DNA of 64,000 bases. It comes from Azolla caroliniana (lineage: Eukaryota > Plantae > Polypodiophyta). Position 1 is the first letter of the stretch; the number at the start of each line of letters is the position of its first letter. Where the stretch lies: the NCBI GenBank assembly GCA_043228905.1, contig JBHGNT010000002.1, forward strand, positions 26,598,001-26,662,000. Reading direction: 5' to 3'. Positions 24,291-37,829 of the stretch are shown piece after piece. The notes beneath the pieces are model-generated. The model had not been told where the DNA came from and did not search any database. It saw only the letters and a program-made list of their open reading frames with translations. A program made the translations under genes and the position numbers.

Positions 24291-24363
24291 TCCTCACACT
24301 CCTTGGTTCAAGGCCCTTGCGGTCCTGCCTCTTTCCACATGCGAAGAGCGTAACAACTCAACA
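23693..24363 (+). repeat. 3' LTR of element D
   Basis: TGTCGTGGAGAAAA start after the PPT, TATAAAA box, (CT)n tract, end TAACAACTCAACA aligning with the C end TAACAACGCGACA. Confidence 0.75.
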
Positions 24364-24853
24364 CCAACAAAGAAGCAGCTAATAAGCGGCCGACATGGAA
24401 GTAGCCAATTAGTTGATCGAAACCGACCAGACTAGTCAGAGCATGATGGCACGAAGCCGAAAAGCCGAACAATCCAGTTCGAGGATTACGAAAGCCGGAA
24501 GCCCGACTCCTAAGACCGAACCGAAACAACTTATCGACAAATGGAAGTTGTGTTCGAAGGGGCGTGTTGAGAGTCGAACTCAACTTCCCATAGAGATAGG
24601 TTTCACACTAGGGCACACTAGCCCATGGACATGCCATGCTAGTTTTGTAAATAGTTGAAAGGGCACTTGCCCTAGCCTAGTTGGTACTTAAACCAACCTT
24701 TTTGTAACTTAGTAACTGTTGGATGTAATATACAGTTTCTTATTATAGTTCTCTCTCTCTCTCTCTAATTCTCTCTCTTGTCTCACATGCACACACACAC
24801 ACACACACACACATAGTCCTTCTGTTGTATAGAATCACTCTTGATTCTTTACA
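24364..24853 (+). mobile_element. 3' end of copia element F (3' UTR, PPT, LTR 24565-24853)
   Basis: GAAGGGGCG precedes TGTTGAGAG...TCTTTACA; both LTR ends resemble the PBS-adjacent copia LTR at 52553-53129; element E RT resumes at 24854. Confidence 0.7.
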
Positions 24854-27800
24854 CATATTGACGTAGTCGAGGACACGCCTAATATAGTCAGATTGGGACA
24901 AAAAGAATTTTCTTTGATTTCGATTTCGACTTATCTTCATGCTAAGAATGTGTCTTGCCGGACCGAGGTCCTTCATGGCAAACTTCAACCGCAGTTGCCG
25001 AACGAGTTCGGCAAGCTCTCCGGCTTGGTGACCGGAGATTAGCATGTCGTCCACGTAGATGATGAGGAAGATGGGTGACCCATCTCAAGTTTTTTTCATG
25101 AAGAGACAGTGATCTTCATCTCTCTTACAGAAGCCGACCGACTGAATGAAGTCATTGAACTTCTTATACCACTGTCGTAGTGCATGTTTCAAGCCGTATA
25201 GACTCTTCCTGAGTCGGCAAACTAGATGTTCTTGGCCGGGTGCCACAAAGCCTTTCGGCTGCTCCATATAAATTTCCTCCTCTAGATCACCATGGAGGAA
25301 TGCCATTTTGACATCTAGCTGAATCAGCTCCAAGTCTTCAGCTACCACGACACCGAGCATGAATCTAAGGGTTGTCATTTTCACCATTGGTGAAAAGATT
25401 TCGTTGAACTCGACGCCATATTGCTGTCGAAAACCCTTAGCTACTAGTCTGGCCTTGATTTTTGGGGTGGCCAAATCAGACGTCTCTTTGACTCGATAGA
25501 CCCACTTGCATCGAAGAGCACGTCGATTCTTCGGGAGCTCGACCAAGTCCCAAGTTTGGTTTGCTCGAATTGAGTTCATGTCAGACTCCATTGCTAGATT
25601 CTAGGTGGCCGAATCGGCAGATGCCGATGCTTCTTCGTATGACGTCGGTTCTCCAGTGTCCATAAAGAAGATTCAAGGAGAGTATCTCTCTGGGGGCTGC
25701 GACAGTCTCTCGAATCTTCGAGGTATGATTGGACTAGTCGCATCAGGTGTTGGCGTCGGATGATCCAGAGCCGAACCATTCGGTTGTTCCGAGTCGAGCA
25801 TTGTCGAGTCAGGGATGGAGGATTCGGCTACCCGTGAAGCCGATCTTGTGTTATGGGCTAGACCTTCATGAAGGGTCAGCACTTCGGAAAAAGTTACCCT
25901 TTGGACTTCAATAGGCCTTTCGGCCATCTTATGTAGAGCCTACTCATTGAACACTACATCTGAACTTCGAATGATTTGTCTGTGCTCGAGGTCCCAGAGT
26001 TGGTATCTGATTTTTCCATCTGGTCCATAACCTAGGAAAATACATTTCCTGGACCTTGGTGCAAGTTTACGGCAATCATCTTTCAATATGAGGGTGTATG
26101 CCTCACACCCGAAGATCCTCGACTTGTCGTAATTCGGTTTACTACAGATCCATAATTCCTGAGGTATCTTAAGTCCTAGAGGCCTACTTGGAGACATATC
26201 AATAATGTGTACTGCCGTAAGTAGGGCCTCTGCCCAGAAGCCATCCGACAGTCTAGAGTGTTGGAGCATGGAAACTATCCTTTCTTGAATTGTCCGATTC
26301 ATCCTCTCGGTAATTCCGTTCTGCTCCGGACTATAGGGTGTCGTATATTCATGTCGAAGGCTGCATTGTCAGTAAAATTTGATGAATTCTTCATATTTGA
26401 ACTCTCCTCCATTATCAATCCGAAGACATTTGAATTTTCGGCCAAACTGATTTTCGACCATAGCGAGCCAATCAGAGAAAATTAAGAACACTTGATCTTT
26501 GGTCTTTATCGGATACGCCCACACCTTCTAAGTCGAGTCGTCAATAAAGCTAACAAAATGCAAGGCACCGCCGAGGAACTGATGTGGCATAGGGCCACAT
26601 ACATCTGAGTGGACTCGATTCTCTCGGTACTGATGTCGAGTGTGATGCGACTATCTATTTACCATACTGACAATGCTCGCAGAACTGATGATAAGAGAAG
26701 GAGAGTTTAGGGATGTATCTAGCTCTGGATAAATGCATGATGTCGGCTTTGCTGAGGTGTCCGAGTTGTCCGTGCCATAGTGATGACACGGGAACGTCAA
26801 CTAGGAATAGGCCACTCTCTTAGAGTGTGATGTATAATGGGTACAACGAATGTACTTTCGGTCCTCGAGCAAGTAGGAGGTTCCCCCTGTGGAGTGTCCA
26901 CCCTCCTGATGAGAAGCCGTCTTCGTCAGTTGTCCCACTAAGTTCAAAGGACTTGAGAGCTCATGTACGTGTCGGACATTGTGCAGTACCAATGTAGAAC
27001 CACCTAGAAGGTTGAGCTCTACAGTGCCGATTCCGATTATCGCACAATGCTGCGAATTTCCAACTCAGATTGAATCGGAATATTGGGCCGAGTATTGCCG
27101 AAATTAGGATCGATGAGGGATCACGTGATGTGAAGCATCTGAGTTCAAGAGCCAAGTGCTTGACTCTTTAGTTGTAAGAAGAACGTTTAATTCGACTGAT
27201 TTTTCGATGAACAAGATGTTCGGGTCGTTCGACAGTATTCCGGCCGAAGAGCTGACGTAATTGACCTCCTCATGCCAGCCACTATTCTGATCAGCTCGCT
27301 GAGCCTTATCATTTTTGGCTTTGAGTGTGTGGCAATTGGCTTTGATGTGTCCAGGTTTCTTGCAATAATTGCAGACTCGATTATCTCGGGACTTGCTCCG
27401 AGTTTGCTAGTTGTTCGGTTGCCATGAAGAACCTCTTCCTCGGTTGTTCGATCGGTCGGTTGAACCTTGTACTACATAAGTGTCGTTGGTCGAATCGTTA
27501 GCAAACGATTTTCTTCGAGCTACTTCAGTCAGAATTGCACTCATAACTGAGGAGTACTTAACGGCTGCAATCTATGCATTGCACACAGTTGTAATGAAAG
27601 TTTCCCACGAAGGGGGGAGACTACTCATAAGTAGCATTGCTCTTAGTTCATCCTCGATAGTCGTCCCTTGAGCCGCAATTTGGGAACCTAAGCTTTCGTA
27701 CTAGTTGAGGTGTGCCTGGACCGAATCAATTCTTTCCTCCAAAGGTTATAAAGGTGTCGAATCAGATATATCTTCGTAGCGGCTACCTTCTTTTTGTAGG

Positions 27801-29238
27801 TGTCCGAGAGTGTCTTCCATAGTTGGAAGGAAGTCAAACATGATTGCATCGTGAAGTACACAAACTCCGATAGGTGAATCCGAATGGTGGCTCAGACGAT
27901 TTTGTTGAGTTTCTCCAATTCAAGTGGCTTGTATCCTTCTGGAGCATTTTCGTTTTCGTTGGGTCGATTTGCATGTCTTTGTAATCTTAAATTTTCACAA
28001 GTAGTAGGTAGAGCCTTTTTTTTCTTGTTTACCAATCAAGGCGTTTGGGTACACCCAAAAATATGCCTCTACTCTCTGTTTGTTGAACATCATCCCTCAA
28101 TAGCTGCTCCTTGAAAATCATCCCTCTTTATAGTCAAGGTAGTCTTGCATCTGCTCCTTTTAGAAGTTGAAGTTCGATCCATCGAACTTCCTTAGACTCA
28201 TCTCTGACGAGCCGGATATTGATGCCATTTGTGTCGGCTTGATAGAATTTGTCTGGAGTCGATCACGAACAATGGTGGAGTGCAGCCGACTGGCTCACTT
28301 GATGTCGTTCTAGCTGAAATTGGACACAAGTCGAATTAGTTTCGGCTATTTGGCGAATTTTGTCCAGAGTGACTATAGTCAATCGACTTAGTTGAATTGG
28401 ACCCGAGTTTGCCGATTCGATTTCAAATGTCAATTTTCGAGATTTTTGAACACAGAGTATGTGCCTATTATCTAGGCCGATCCTGCTTCAAGTGACTACG
28501 ACAATGAGAGGAATAGATTCAATTGACCTTTCCAAATGTTGTCTAGCCGAATGAAGCATGGAAGGGGTTTTTTCCTGGAGCCTAGACTACTATGAGTGAT
28601 TATGACGAGTGAATAAATAGCGTCTATTGACCGATTCGATTGTCGTCTAATAAGATGTAGCATGATTAAGGCAGAGCTTGTGGAGCGAAATCTCACTCCG
28701 AGCGGCTACAATCATGGGAGTGAAGTGCAATCAATTGACTCACTTCAATGCCGATTTAGAACAATGGAGTGTAGATTTTGCTGGTGTTTCTCTTTGCGAA
28801 AACAATCTTGTAGAGAGTTGTCAATCGAATTCTTCAAGGTGTACCAGGGAAGAGTTTCTGATGGAGACAAAGTAGACGGCGGCAACAAAATCAAAAAACA
28901 CCATGCTCTGATACCAAATGTTGAGAACGCGACCTTCTAGGTGCGGAACAATCTCAACACTTTTCCGTGAGGAGATCGTTAATAGATGCAATGAAGAGGA
29001 TTGATGGCAACTAGAAACAAAATAAAGAAGGAAGATCAACAAGAACACAAGAGAGAGAGAGACGTTAGGCACAAGATGAACTATATTTGAAACCATTAGA
29101 AAGCTAGGTTACAAAGTTAGTTTATATACTAACTAACTTAAGGCAACTGCCCTTCTCACTATTTACATAAATAGCCTAAACCTAGTGTGTACAAAGGGAG
29201 ACAATGTGGATACGTTCATTAGAGATCCGCATTCAATA
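24854..29238 (-). mobile_element. Ty1/copia element E, decayed, 5' part (LTR 28919-29238)
   Basis: tRNA-iMet PBS (TGGTATCAGAGC, 28905-28916). Gag knuckle CNYCKKPGHIKANC near 27330-27375, integrase (25940-26302), RT KARLVAKGF / QLDVK.AFLHG / YVDD (24860-25591); INT before RT. Confidence 0.9.
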
Positions 29239-29809
29239 GTGTGGACAATATGACTCGATTAAGGGGGATTCGGACGAAGCAAAAATAGCAAGTTCAAAGT
29301 TTCTCCTGAAATGGGTGATTTTCCTATGATGACCAAATCTTCGATAAGGCCTAAGTAGAACTACCAGGTGCCCAGGTGGTTGTTTCCACTAACGGCTCCC
29401 AATATTGTACATGGGATGTAAATATACATGTCTAGTTGGGGCACAAGTAATTTATCATAGTCGTATTATCGGGTGAATTGTTGTAAAAGAGTATGGCGGG
29501 ATAGGTAGGGTTGGGGATTGTTGTAGGATTTGTGGGAGGAAGGGCATCGTGAGTTTTGTTGTTCTTTTGTTGGTTTTGGAGTTGTTCGTCCATGTTGTAT
29601 ATATCGATTCCACTCAAGTTGTCTTTGTAGATCGTAGAGGTGAACTTTGCTATAATTTGTTTGCTAATTAATGTGAAGTAGGTTTTTTTTGGAAAATAAT
29701 AACAATTCATATTAAGCACCTTCATGGAAGATAAATGGTGATTCAATATCTTTTTCAAATGCTTGGATGGTTTTTTTGTAGATTCCCATCATTATAAAGA
29801 TATATTAGT

Positions 29810-32134
29810 ATTTTATATTTGATGATTGGAGAAGCTTTTAGTTTTCTTACAAGTAATGTTGTGAATATAAAAGGGCTGCAATGGCCATGGTTAGAGGAAA
29901 AAATTGTGGATTGTCAATTTGCTGATGATACAACCTTGTATTTGCAAGGTTCTCACGATAATTTTTCTAGAGTACAACAAGCTATTGATACATTTTGCTA
30001 TGATTTTGGAACTGTTATTAATTGGAATAAGTCGGTGGGGTTCTAGGTAGGTACCATAGTAAACCCTTTGTGGTGTCCACAGGAAGGGTTTGAATGGATT
30101 CTACATGGTAAACCTATAAGATACTTGGGATGTCAGGTAGGTATTAATCTTTCGCTAGAAGATCATGTAGCTCATCTATTGCTTGCTATAAGGAAGAAAT
30201 CATTATATTGGAATACTGCTAAATTGTCATTGGTAGGTCTAAGGGTTGTTGTTGCGAATAAAGTATTGTTGGCTTCCATGTGGTACATTTTCGAAGGGAG
30301 ACAATGTGAATACATTCATTAGAGACCCACATTCAACAGTCCCTCGTAATGGTCGTATACATTGAAAATTTGTAAATCGAAATAAATGTACAATAAAGAT
30401 TGATACAAGGTTTTTCGAACAAATCGAAAATTTCGATCGAGTCGGTGATCTTCAAAAAGCAATAGGCCGAACTGGCCAAGATTGGGAAAACTAAGACCGA
30501 GTTTCGAGTTGTCGAAGTCGATTGTTCGAAAAACATCCTGAGTGTCCGACTTAATCAGACTGATTCTTAGTTATGCCCATCTGGTGCCATAGGGATCGGA
30601 ATCGATTCGTCGAAAGACATTTGGTCATCCCATCTGCGACATTTTCGACCGTAGAAAGCCGTTTTTTCCTGAGATGACGCAGTCCTAAACAAAGTGATAT
30701 CGCCATGATAAAGGTGAAGCTGAGTTAGTGGGAATTTGGCTGACTTTTTCTTCTTCGCCGATGGAAAACAAAACCCATGTTTGTAGAACAATATGGGGAG
30801 GGAACATTATGTATGCAGAAATGGATAGAGTCTTTACGATGTCTTCCTTTCAGCCTTCTCAAACTAGTCTATTTTGGTATGGTATGTTTTCATCCTTACA
30901 TGTCTTGTTGGGAGTCAGGGGTTATAAAAACTCTCATGAATGCCTTTACTTTGATGTTTCGCCATTTGTATGACTTCATTTTCTCTTTGTGGAAGACGGA
31001 ATTGCAACTCAAGGGAGTATGTTGCCTATTCGTATATTGTGGAAGAAAGATTAAAAATGGATGTTGAATCCACATCCAAATGATATAAACTATCTCTCTG
31101 AATTGTGGGTCTATGAGAATACGCCCATTGATCGCCTTTTGTGGGATCCCGTTGAGTGGAATGGCAAACCATATCAGTGCAAGGAATGCTAGGTAAGAAA
31201 ATCCCATTTTTTTAATACTCGGTAAAAATGGGTAGAGAATTGCTAAGGAGGGTTGATGCTATTACGCTAGCAACTTGTAAATTTTGGGGATTTGTAATGT
31301 ACTAGATTCTTGGTTGAATGCTTATTGGAAATGGCTAGGGGCCATGCAAATTTCTAAAAAAGTTGTGTTATTTAGATGGTTGTTGATACATTATGGCATT
31401 CCTGTGAAGTCATGGATGCGGGGGCATTGCCATGATTTAAAATGTGATAGTTGTGGTTCTCCCATTGAATCGGCTTACCATGTTTTATGGATATGTCCTA
31501 TTGCTAGAGCAGTTTGGAAAAAAATGTTGTATCCTATTTATGGTAAATAGGTGTACACATGGGGTTTTGTGAGATGGGGAAATTGGCTAAAGGAATACAA
31601 AACTATGAAAAGGAGCATGTTGATTTTCTTATCCTCTCTGATAGAAGACATGTATTGAAGGTCTCTTATACTACAACAATTCATTGCTTGGAAGAGGACA
31701 AGGTCTGGTCTACGATATCTTATTTAGTAGTTTGGGTATTGTGGAAGGCTAGATGTAAATGTGTATTTTAGAAAGTCAAACAAAATGCGGTTGAGTTAGT
31801 CAAGGAGATATGGTTAATGCTCTTACATACTGTAGAGGTCAATATGAGGCAATAATTGGTAAGCCTGATGTTGTGTTTCGTAAGTAACAATATTTTCGAG
31901 AATTTGGAAAAAGGCAGAGGTTTTCACCTCTTTCGGGGAGAGAATAAAGTGGAGATACGCTCCACCAAGATGGCTTTTTCCAGCCCCCGTCTTGGAACGA
32001 CCCTGCATGAGGGCTTTTGATACTTGACATGTTAGTTGATGTGGGTATGAGGGTTGTAATCTATTGTATGAATTCGTTGTAGCCTTTGGGCATCTTTCCA
32101 TTAATACCAAGGTGAATCTTCATTTAAAAAAAAA
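29810..32134 (+). mobile_element. 5'-truncated L1-like LINE fragment, decayed
   Basis: RT motif CQFADDTTLYL, YLG motif, zf-RVT-type CDSC...ES..H..WIC (31284-31550) and an A-tract at 32126-32134. Confidence 0.8.
30290..30800 (-). mobile_element. Copia 3' fragment (RNase H end, PPT, start of 3' LTR) inside the LINE
   Basis: Minus strand ENVADGMTKCL near 30615-30645; 30290-30338 matches the terminus of the element E LTR. Confidence 0.7.
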
Positions 32135-34599
32135 GAAATATTGGTAATTTTTCATAAAGATTTATTTCCATTTACTGTAGATGTTTGCTCTAAGACATTT
32201 GGAGATGAATTATTCAAGGGTTGACATTGTTGATATTATAATTTTGTGCAACAATTTGTTAACACTTTCACTAACATAAATTACATTATATTGCTCAAAA
32301 CAATTTGTTGGTGGCCCCATTGTTGGATGCTAGGTTTTTGCATGAAATAGTTGTACCCATCACTGGTCAAATCTCATATAGAAACATGACTATATCCATC
32401 TTCAAATAAATTCTATTTATGTATGATATGCGTATACACATCCAAATAGACATATATGCATATAGTAAAGTAAAACAACTCATATAGATACTGATATTAG
32501 TAAGACCCTTGCCCTCTTTATTTGTTCTATCTTCACGTTCTCAGTTTATTCTTTCTTGATTTGTAATCTTTGAAAAGCATAAGACATTATAGTTGTCATA
32601 TACTAATAAGTAAACTTATAATGCGGAATTGTTTGTAGAAGAATGGCCAATATAAAGGTGTGAACTTACACTATCTTTCCATGAATATGTGGTGTAATTT
32701 TATACTCGTATCCTAGAGTAGAACCTCCTTGTGAAATGAATCTATTTATACATAAATATTAAGAATAAAAGTATAATTACAACTTAACACAACGTAATCT
32801 ACTAAAGGTCTTGCTTGTCAAATGGTTATATTGTAATGGATGGTGCAAATTAAAGATTGGTTTGATTAAGCATCGAGTTAGTGCAATATAAATATTTATG
32901 CTAGGTTATAGGCTATAGCTAAACAACATTGATTGGCAATGGGTCGTACTCTTCTTTTACTTTTCAATGAGCAAACCTTTCTAAAATAATGACAGCGATC
33001 CTCTTTGAGCTTTGGAGTTTATGGAGACACATCACTTCAACAATCAAATGTTTATATTATAATGGATTGCAATTTGCCACCTCTAAAAAAGAAAGAAAGA
33101 ATTATGTGTTAAATATCTACATAAAATTGAAATGTTCTCAAAAATAATTTTTCTAATAATGATCACGACACCTAATAAAATGCATCTCGAAAACAACATT
33201 GTTTTTTACATGACACATGTTTTGCTTATCTCCAATGTATACGAAACAAATAAAGTTTTTTGCCACTTTGTGAAGATTTCATGGTTTCAAGGTCAAATAC
33301 ATAGATTTGGTAGATAAATCAACTGCCACGAAAGTTTATATGCATGTTAATGGCCAATTACAATGTTTACAATGTTTCCATCTTCTAATAGAGATGACTC
33401 CCTTCTTGTGCTCTTAAATTGGGTGAAGTGAGGCAATCATTTTTGCTCCATTACATCAAAAGTAGCTTCTCCATAGAAAAACCATATTTTAAGAGTTCCT
33501 TCCACATACGAATATTATGCTTGATTTGTATTATTCCACCATGATGCAATCATGTCAATTAAGCGATTTATAGTTACTCACGAAAAAGTTTGGATTTTGG
33601 GGCATGAGGAAGACGCACATATTCTCTTATTTGTTCCAATGCACATTAGAAGCTTTAACCTTTCAATGAAAATAAGGTTAAAGAATATCTCAGATGAAAT
33701 TGCTCATTTTCCAATGAAACCCCACAAAAATAGTCTAAACTAGCTAGTATTTAGTGGTATGACAACCTTGTGAAAAGTGGAAGCACTTATTCCAATGTCC
33801 AACATATATCCTTTTATAATTTAGGTGTCCGATCAAATGGAGTGTATTGGAGAATCTCAAGTGAATGAATGTTCCCATAATAAAGAAGTTATATAAGTAA
33901 AAGCTGTAATGTAGATATAATAACAAATTGAGAGTGAAAATTTATGAATCCAATGGGTACTATTCAAAGGTTACATGTACGGGATGGGAAAGTGGAATAA
34001 ATGTACAATGGCTTAGATAGGGCTCAAAATATATTTGGGATAGAGAGAGAAAATTGAAAGAAAAAATTAAGTGCACCAAACCGTATCCCACGAGTAATAC
34101 TTGGGAAAAAAACATCTCTCATCAACTTTACCGATTCAAGGGGGGTTTGCACTTATCCATACAAATTCTTGTCCTCATTGACTTCAAATTTCCCACTTGC
34201 TACAAATTCTCAAAATCATAGTGTATTAACATTTTTCCTTTGTCACACGTACCTTCTCTATATCCGCCAAACATCTTACCATTTTTATTATAACGTTTGA
34301 TTGCGAACTCACATTTCAAATATGTGTATGGGAAAATGAACTAATTCAATTCAATGTTTGGTTAAGTTATCTCAGCATCCAAAATTTGAAGTATTAAAAT
34401 TCATTTCCAAAAAGAATACAAAAACATCTCAAACATGACAACATTTGAAATTCAAAAAACATTCATCACAATTAAATGATGGTCCATCTCATCTACATAT
34501 ATGCTCTATTGAGGAGGAATAAGCACCCATCATAGAGTCCTAACAAAGAGCCACTAAGGAACCAACAATTTGAGAGGACATTATCAATTATATGTGTAT

Positions 34600-35620
34600 A
34601 ATGTGAGACATGGTACATATTGAAGAAGATATCATTTGAATTATGTAACATTATTCTTGCTAAAGGTGTTCACAAGATGCCATGTTTTTATGGAGCAACT
34701 CATTGGATTTGCCGAAGTGGTGAGGAGATGGTTTGTTGGTTGAAATGGATTGAAGCAAGCACCCCCGTGGAATCAGAAGTTCAACTCATGAAGTTAGAAC
34801 AATTTCAACATAACAATCTTGCTCATATTGTATGTGGACAACGTGTTGATCATGAGTAATTCAATGAGAAAATTTGGGCTTTTAAGCTCAAGTTGAGCTT
34901 CAATTTGATGTGAAGAACTTAAAAGGAAACAACCACATGGGGCAATATGTAAATTTCTTGAGAGAGGAACAAATAAGAGGATTTGCTTGTTCAAAGTGAC
35001 ATACATTAGCAATATTTGATGACTTGAGATTGATTAAGAAGGATTTCCTATATTTTGACCCTACATGTTAGTTGGCACTAAATGTTTGTACTAGTTCCTA
35101 ATTGATAGCCAGCCTATTGCATGCAATGGTGGGCATTAGACCTTATATATTCTTCACTATTGCAGTAGTTAGCATTTTCATGTCAAATATTGGAAAGTAT
35201 ATTCAAAAGTAGTGAAAGGTGTTATGGAGTAGTTGAGAGGTACAATGATCCTATGATCCTAGGCCTTAATCTTGGAGCAAATGAAGTGGCAATAACTAGT
35301 TTCTCACACTTTGACTAAGTTGGTCGTGGAGAAAAAAAGGAAGTAGACATCATCGTATGTAATTGAGTTAGCAAAAGGGACAATATCATCGAGTTAAAGA
35401 CTCTACAAGGGCAAGCCAATGTTGACAACAGAAGTGGAACTTCTTGTGGCTAATGAAACAAGCAAGGAAGCATTGTGGCTTTCTAGCTTGACACTCAACA
35501 ACATAAGGGTGGCCCTCCACAATGACAATCAAAGTTTGATAGCTTTCGCATATAATCCAATCTTTCACACAAACGCAAAGTATGCTAGTGTGTGGCTTCA
35601 CTTCATTTGAAACTTGTATG
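34600..35620 (+). mobile_element. Highly decayed copia RT/RNase H remnant
   Basis: TTEVE...NETSKEALWL...DNQS...NPIFH (35419-35610) is a copia RNase H signature. Confidence 0.65.
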
Positions 35621-37829
35621 CACCAATCACCGCTCTCTACATGGCCTATTTGTTAGTAGGATGGTCCAAAACTTTGGTGTGTGGTAATTCCCTCTAATAA
35701 AATAATACCCTACAATTCTGATGGATTATTTGTTAATTATTGATTCTAGGTTCCAAGAATATGAGTACTTCATAGATTGTTCCTACTGGCATGATTAATA
35801 TACAAAATGTAAATATAAAAGCCACAACCATTATTTGGAAGTGACCATCTAATGAAGCCATATTACTATTTATGACATGGCAATGGTCATGACAAAAGTG
35901 GCTTAATAATTCAAAATCATTGACATCACTAATATTGGAAATACAAAGTAAAGATGAATAAAATTAGAGGTTCAACACATACACATATACAACATTTATC
36001 CCCTTTTAGAGCTCCTAATTGATGTGAGCAACAATATAACAACCCACCCTTAATATAGATTTGAATATCTCATTTCGAAACTTTGAAGAATTTAAAATGT
36101 AGTCAACACCCAATATTTCATATCTTAAAGTGGAGCGTTGAAAGATTAAATAGTCTAACCAAAATCATTGGGCAAAGATATATCAATGGACAAATGAGCC
36201 AAGCTGAGTGCTCCCTAATTTGCACGTTGCAAGTAAATAAACAATAATTCATTCTAATTCGCAAAATTCAAGGAAAACAATATAAAAGGCACCAATCTTT
36301 TTCTTCCTTACAAGTTACAACATACATTGAAAGACGAATAGATGTAATCATAAAACTGGACAACAAATGTCCTTACAACCCAAATTTGTGTTCTTGAAAT
36401 TCAAAGCACACTTGAGTATGTATAGTTTGAAGGTTATGTTGTAGGAGTCAGTGTGTGTGAGAGAGATGATTGATTATCATTGTCGTCCTTGGAAGGAAAA
36501 TAACATGCACTGTGGGGCATATAAATGGTAGTATAGAAAGATTTTAGTAATTATGTGGTCACATGTTGTTCAAGAGAGTTTTACCATGATCAAATGTGGA
36601 GCCTCTGTAAGTGCCTAGGCCCTAGAAGGCAATGAGTGTCGAAGCATGACCCAAGCAAGTCAAGGGGGAAAGCCTTGAGACATGCACTTGGCAATTTTGT
36701 AACCATCCATAATTATAACCATGGTTCAACACTTGATGCTTACAATGGTCAAGACTAACAAAATTGTGAGAAAGAGGATTAACATATGATATTGGCTATA
36801 AAAGAAAACAATTAAGTTTTTCAATCTACATCCATGCTTAATAATTTGTAATCACAAAGTCCACAAATGCACACGTCTACTTTTAATGATTTGCAATGAT
36901 AAACAATTAAATATATATTGGAGTTTCATGTTTGCATGATGCATCTCAATGTAATGAAAAACCAAAATAAGATAAAATGCGCGGGTTTGTATTACATTTG
37001 GTGTTAAAATAAGAGCTCCAATTGCCAATTATCATCCTCAATGGTCTGTAAATACGTATGAGTAGATACAATGTCTTGTTTACAGCGAAAGGTCGATGAA
37101 ACTATCAAAACACAAACATGATTTTTTGTATAACCAGAAACATGAGACAACCTGTTATATATTCTTGCTCAAAAAAAAGTTGGAACACATTTCTTAGTCA
37201 TGTTTGTTTCCCCAATCTGTTGTTCAGAACTTGGACTCTAATATGCACATAGAACACTAGAAAGATCACAAATCCCTACCAATATGCACATGTTATATAC
37301 AATTGCATGATTAATAAGATTTTGAAATGATTTGTCCATCTTAATTTGAATTCACCGATCTTTATGATAATATCACCATTACTACCTTACCTAGTATGAT
37401 CGAAATAACCTATCATCCCATTACACAGCAGATATTTTGATCGTTAGGGAAATCTATAGACGTCCAAATCCTTCACGATAAATGAGAACAGTTCAACTAC
37501 CATCCATCATAATTGGATTGATCCAAGGTCTATCTTGAGTGTGTTTTCAAAGTCTCCGCAATATCTTATTCTTATAATATTACTTTGAAAACAATAAGAA
37601 CGAATTGATTGAGTCAGTTTTAGCAATAAATACAACTCATCTTGCAAAATAAACTCTTTCCCTCATGCACTAACATCCTAGCCATAGCAAGCACATGGGC
37701 GTGCACACACAAATGGGTGACATAATGCAAGTAATATATTCATCCAGCTAAAAGGAATTCCACGAAACATGAACTATCCAGCAAGAGTAAAGTATATAAT
37801 ACATGAGAACAAGACTTCTTCGAATCCAT

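Larger units (their letters stand above)
1..24363 (+). mobile_element. Ty3/gypsy element D, decayed and 5' end outside window; internal part 1-~4663, resumes 23663 with PPT and 3' LTR 23693-24363
   Basis: Gag zinc knuckle (CMWCDAVGHIRKEC), protease (ALVDHGS), RT (FLDDVPIK), RNase H and integrase pieces in 1-4660 are homologous to element A but carry stops and deletions. The family 3'UTR/PPT (CCGGTGGATGTGCGGTTTGGTGGGGGTGGA) reappears at 23663-23692, followed by a TGTCG-starting LTR. Confidence 0.8.

Noticed and set aside
1-24363. Bacterial contamination or a horizontally acquired island, suggested by high GC
   Set aside because: The GC-rich block is fully explained by nested LTR elements with clean junctions, and a decayed copy lies in AT-rich DNA at 48-51 kb.
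32140-37800. Short ORFs in the AT-rich intergenic region
   Set aside because: No motifs or consistent splice structure, apart from the copia remnant at 34.6-35.6 kb.
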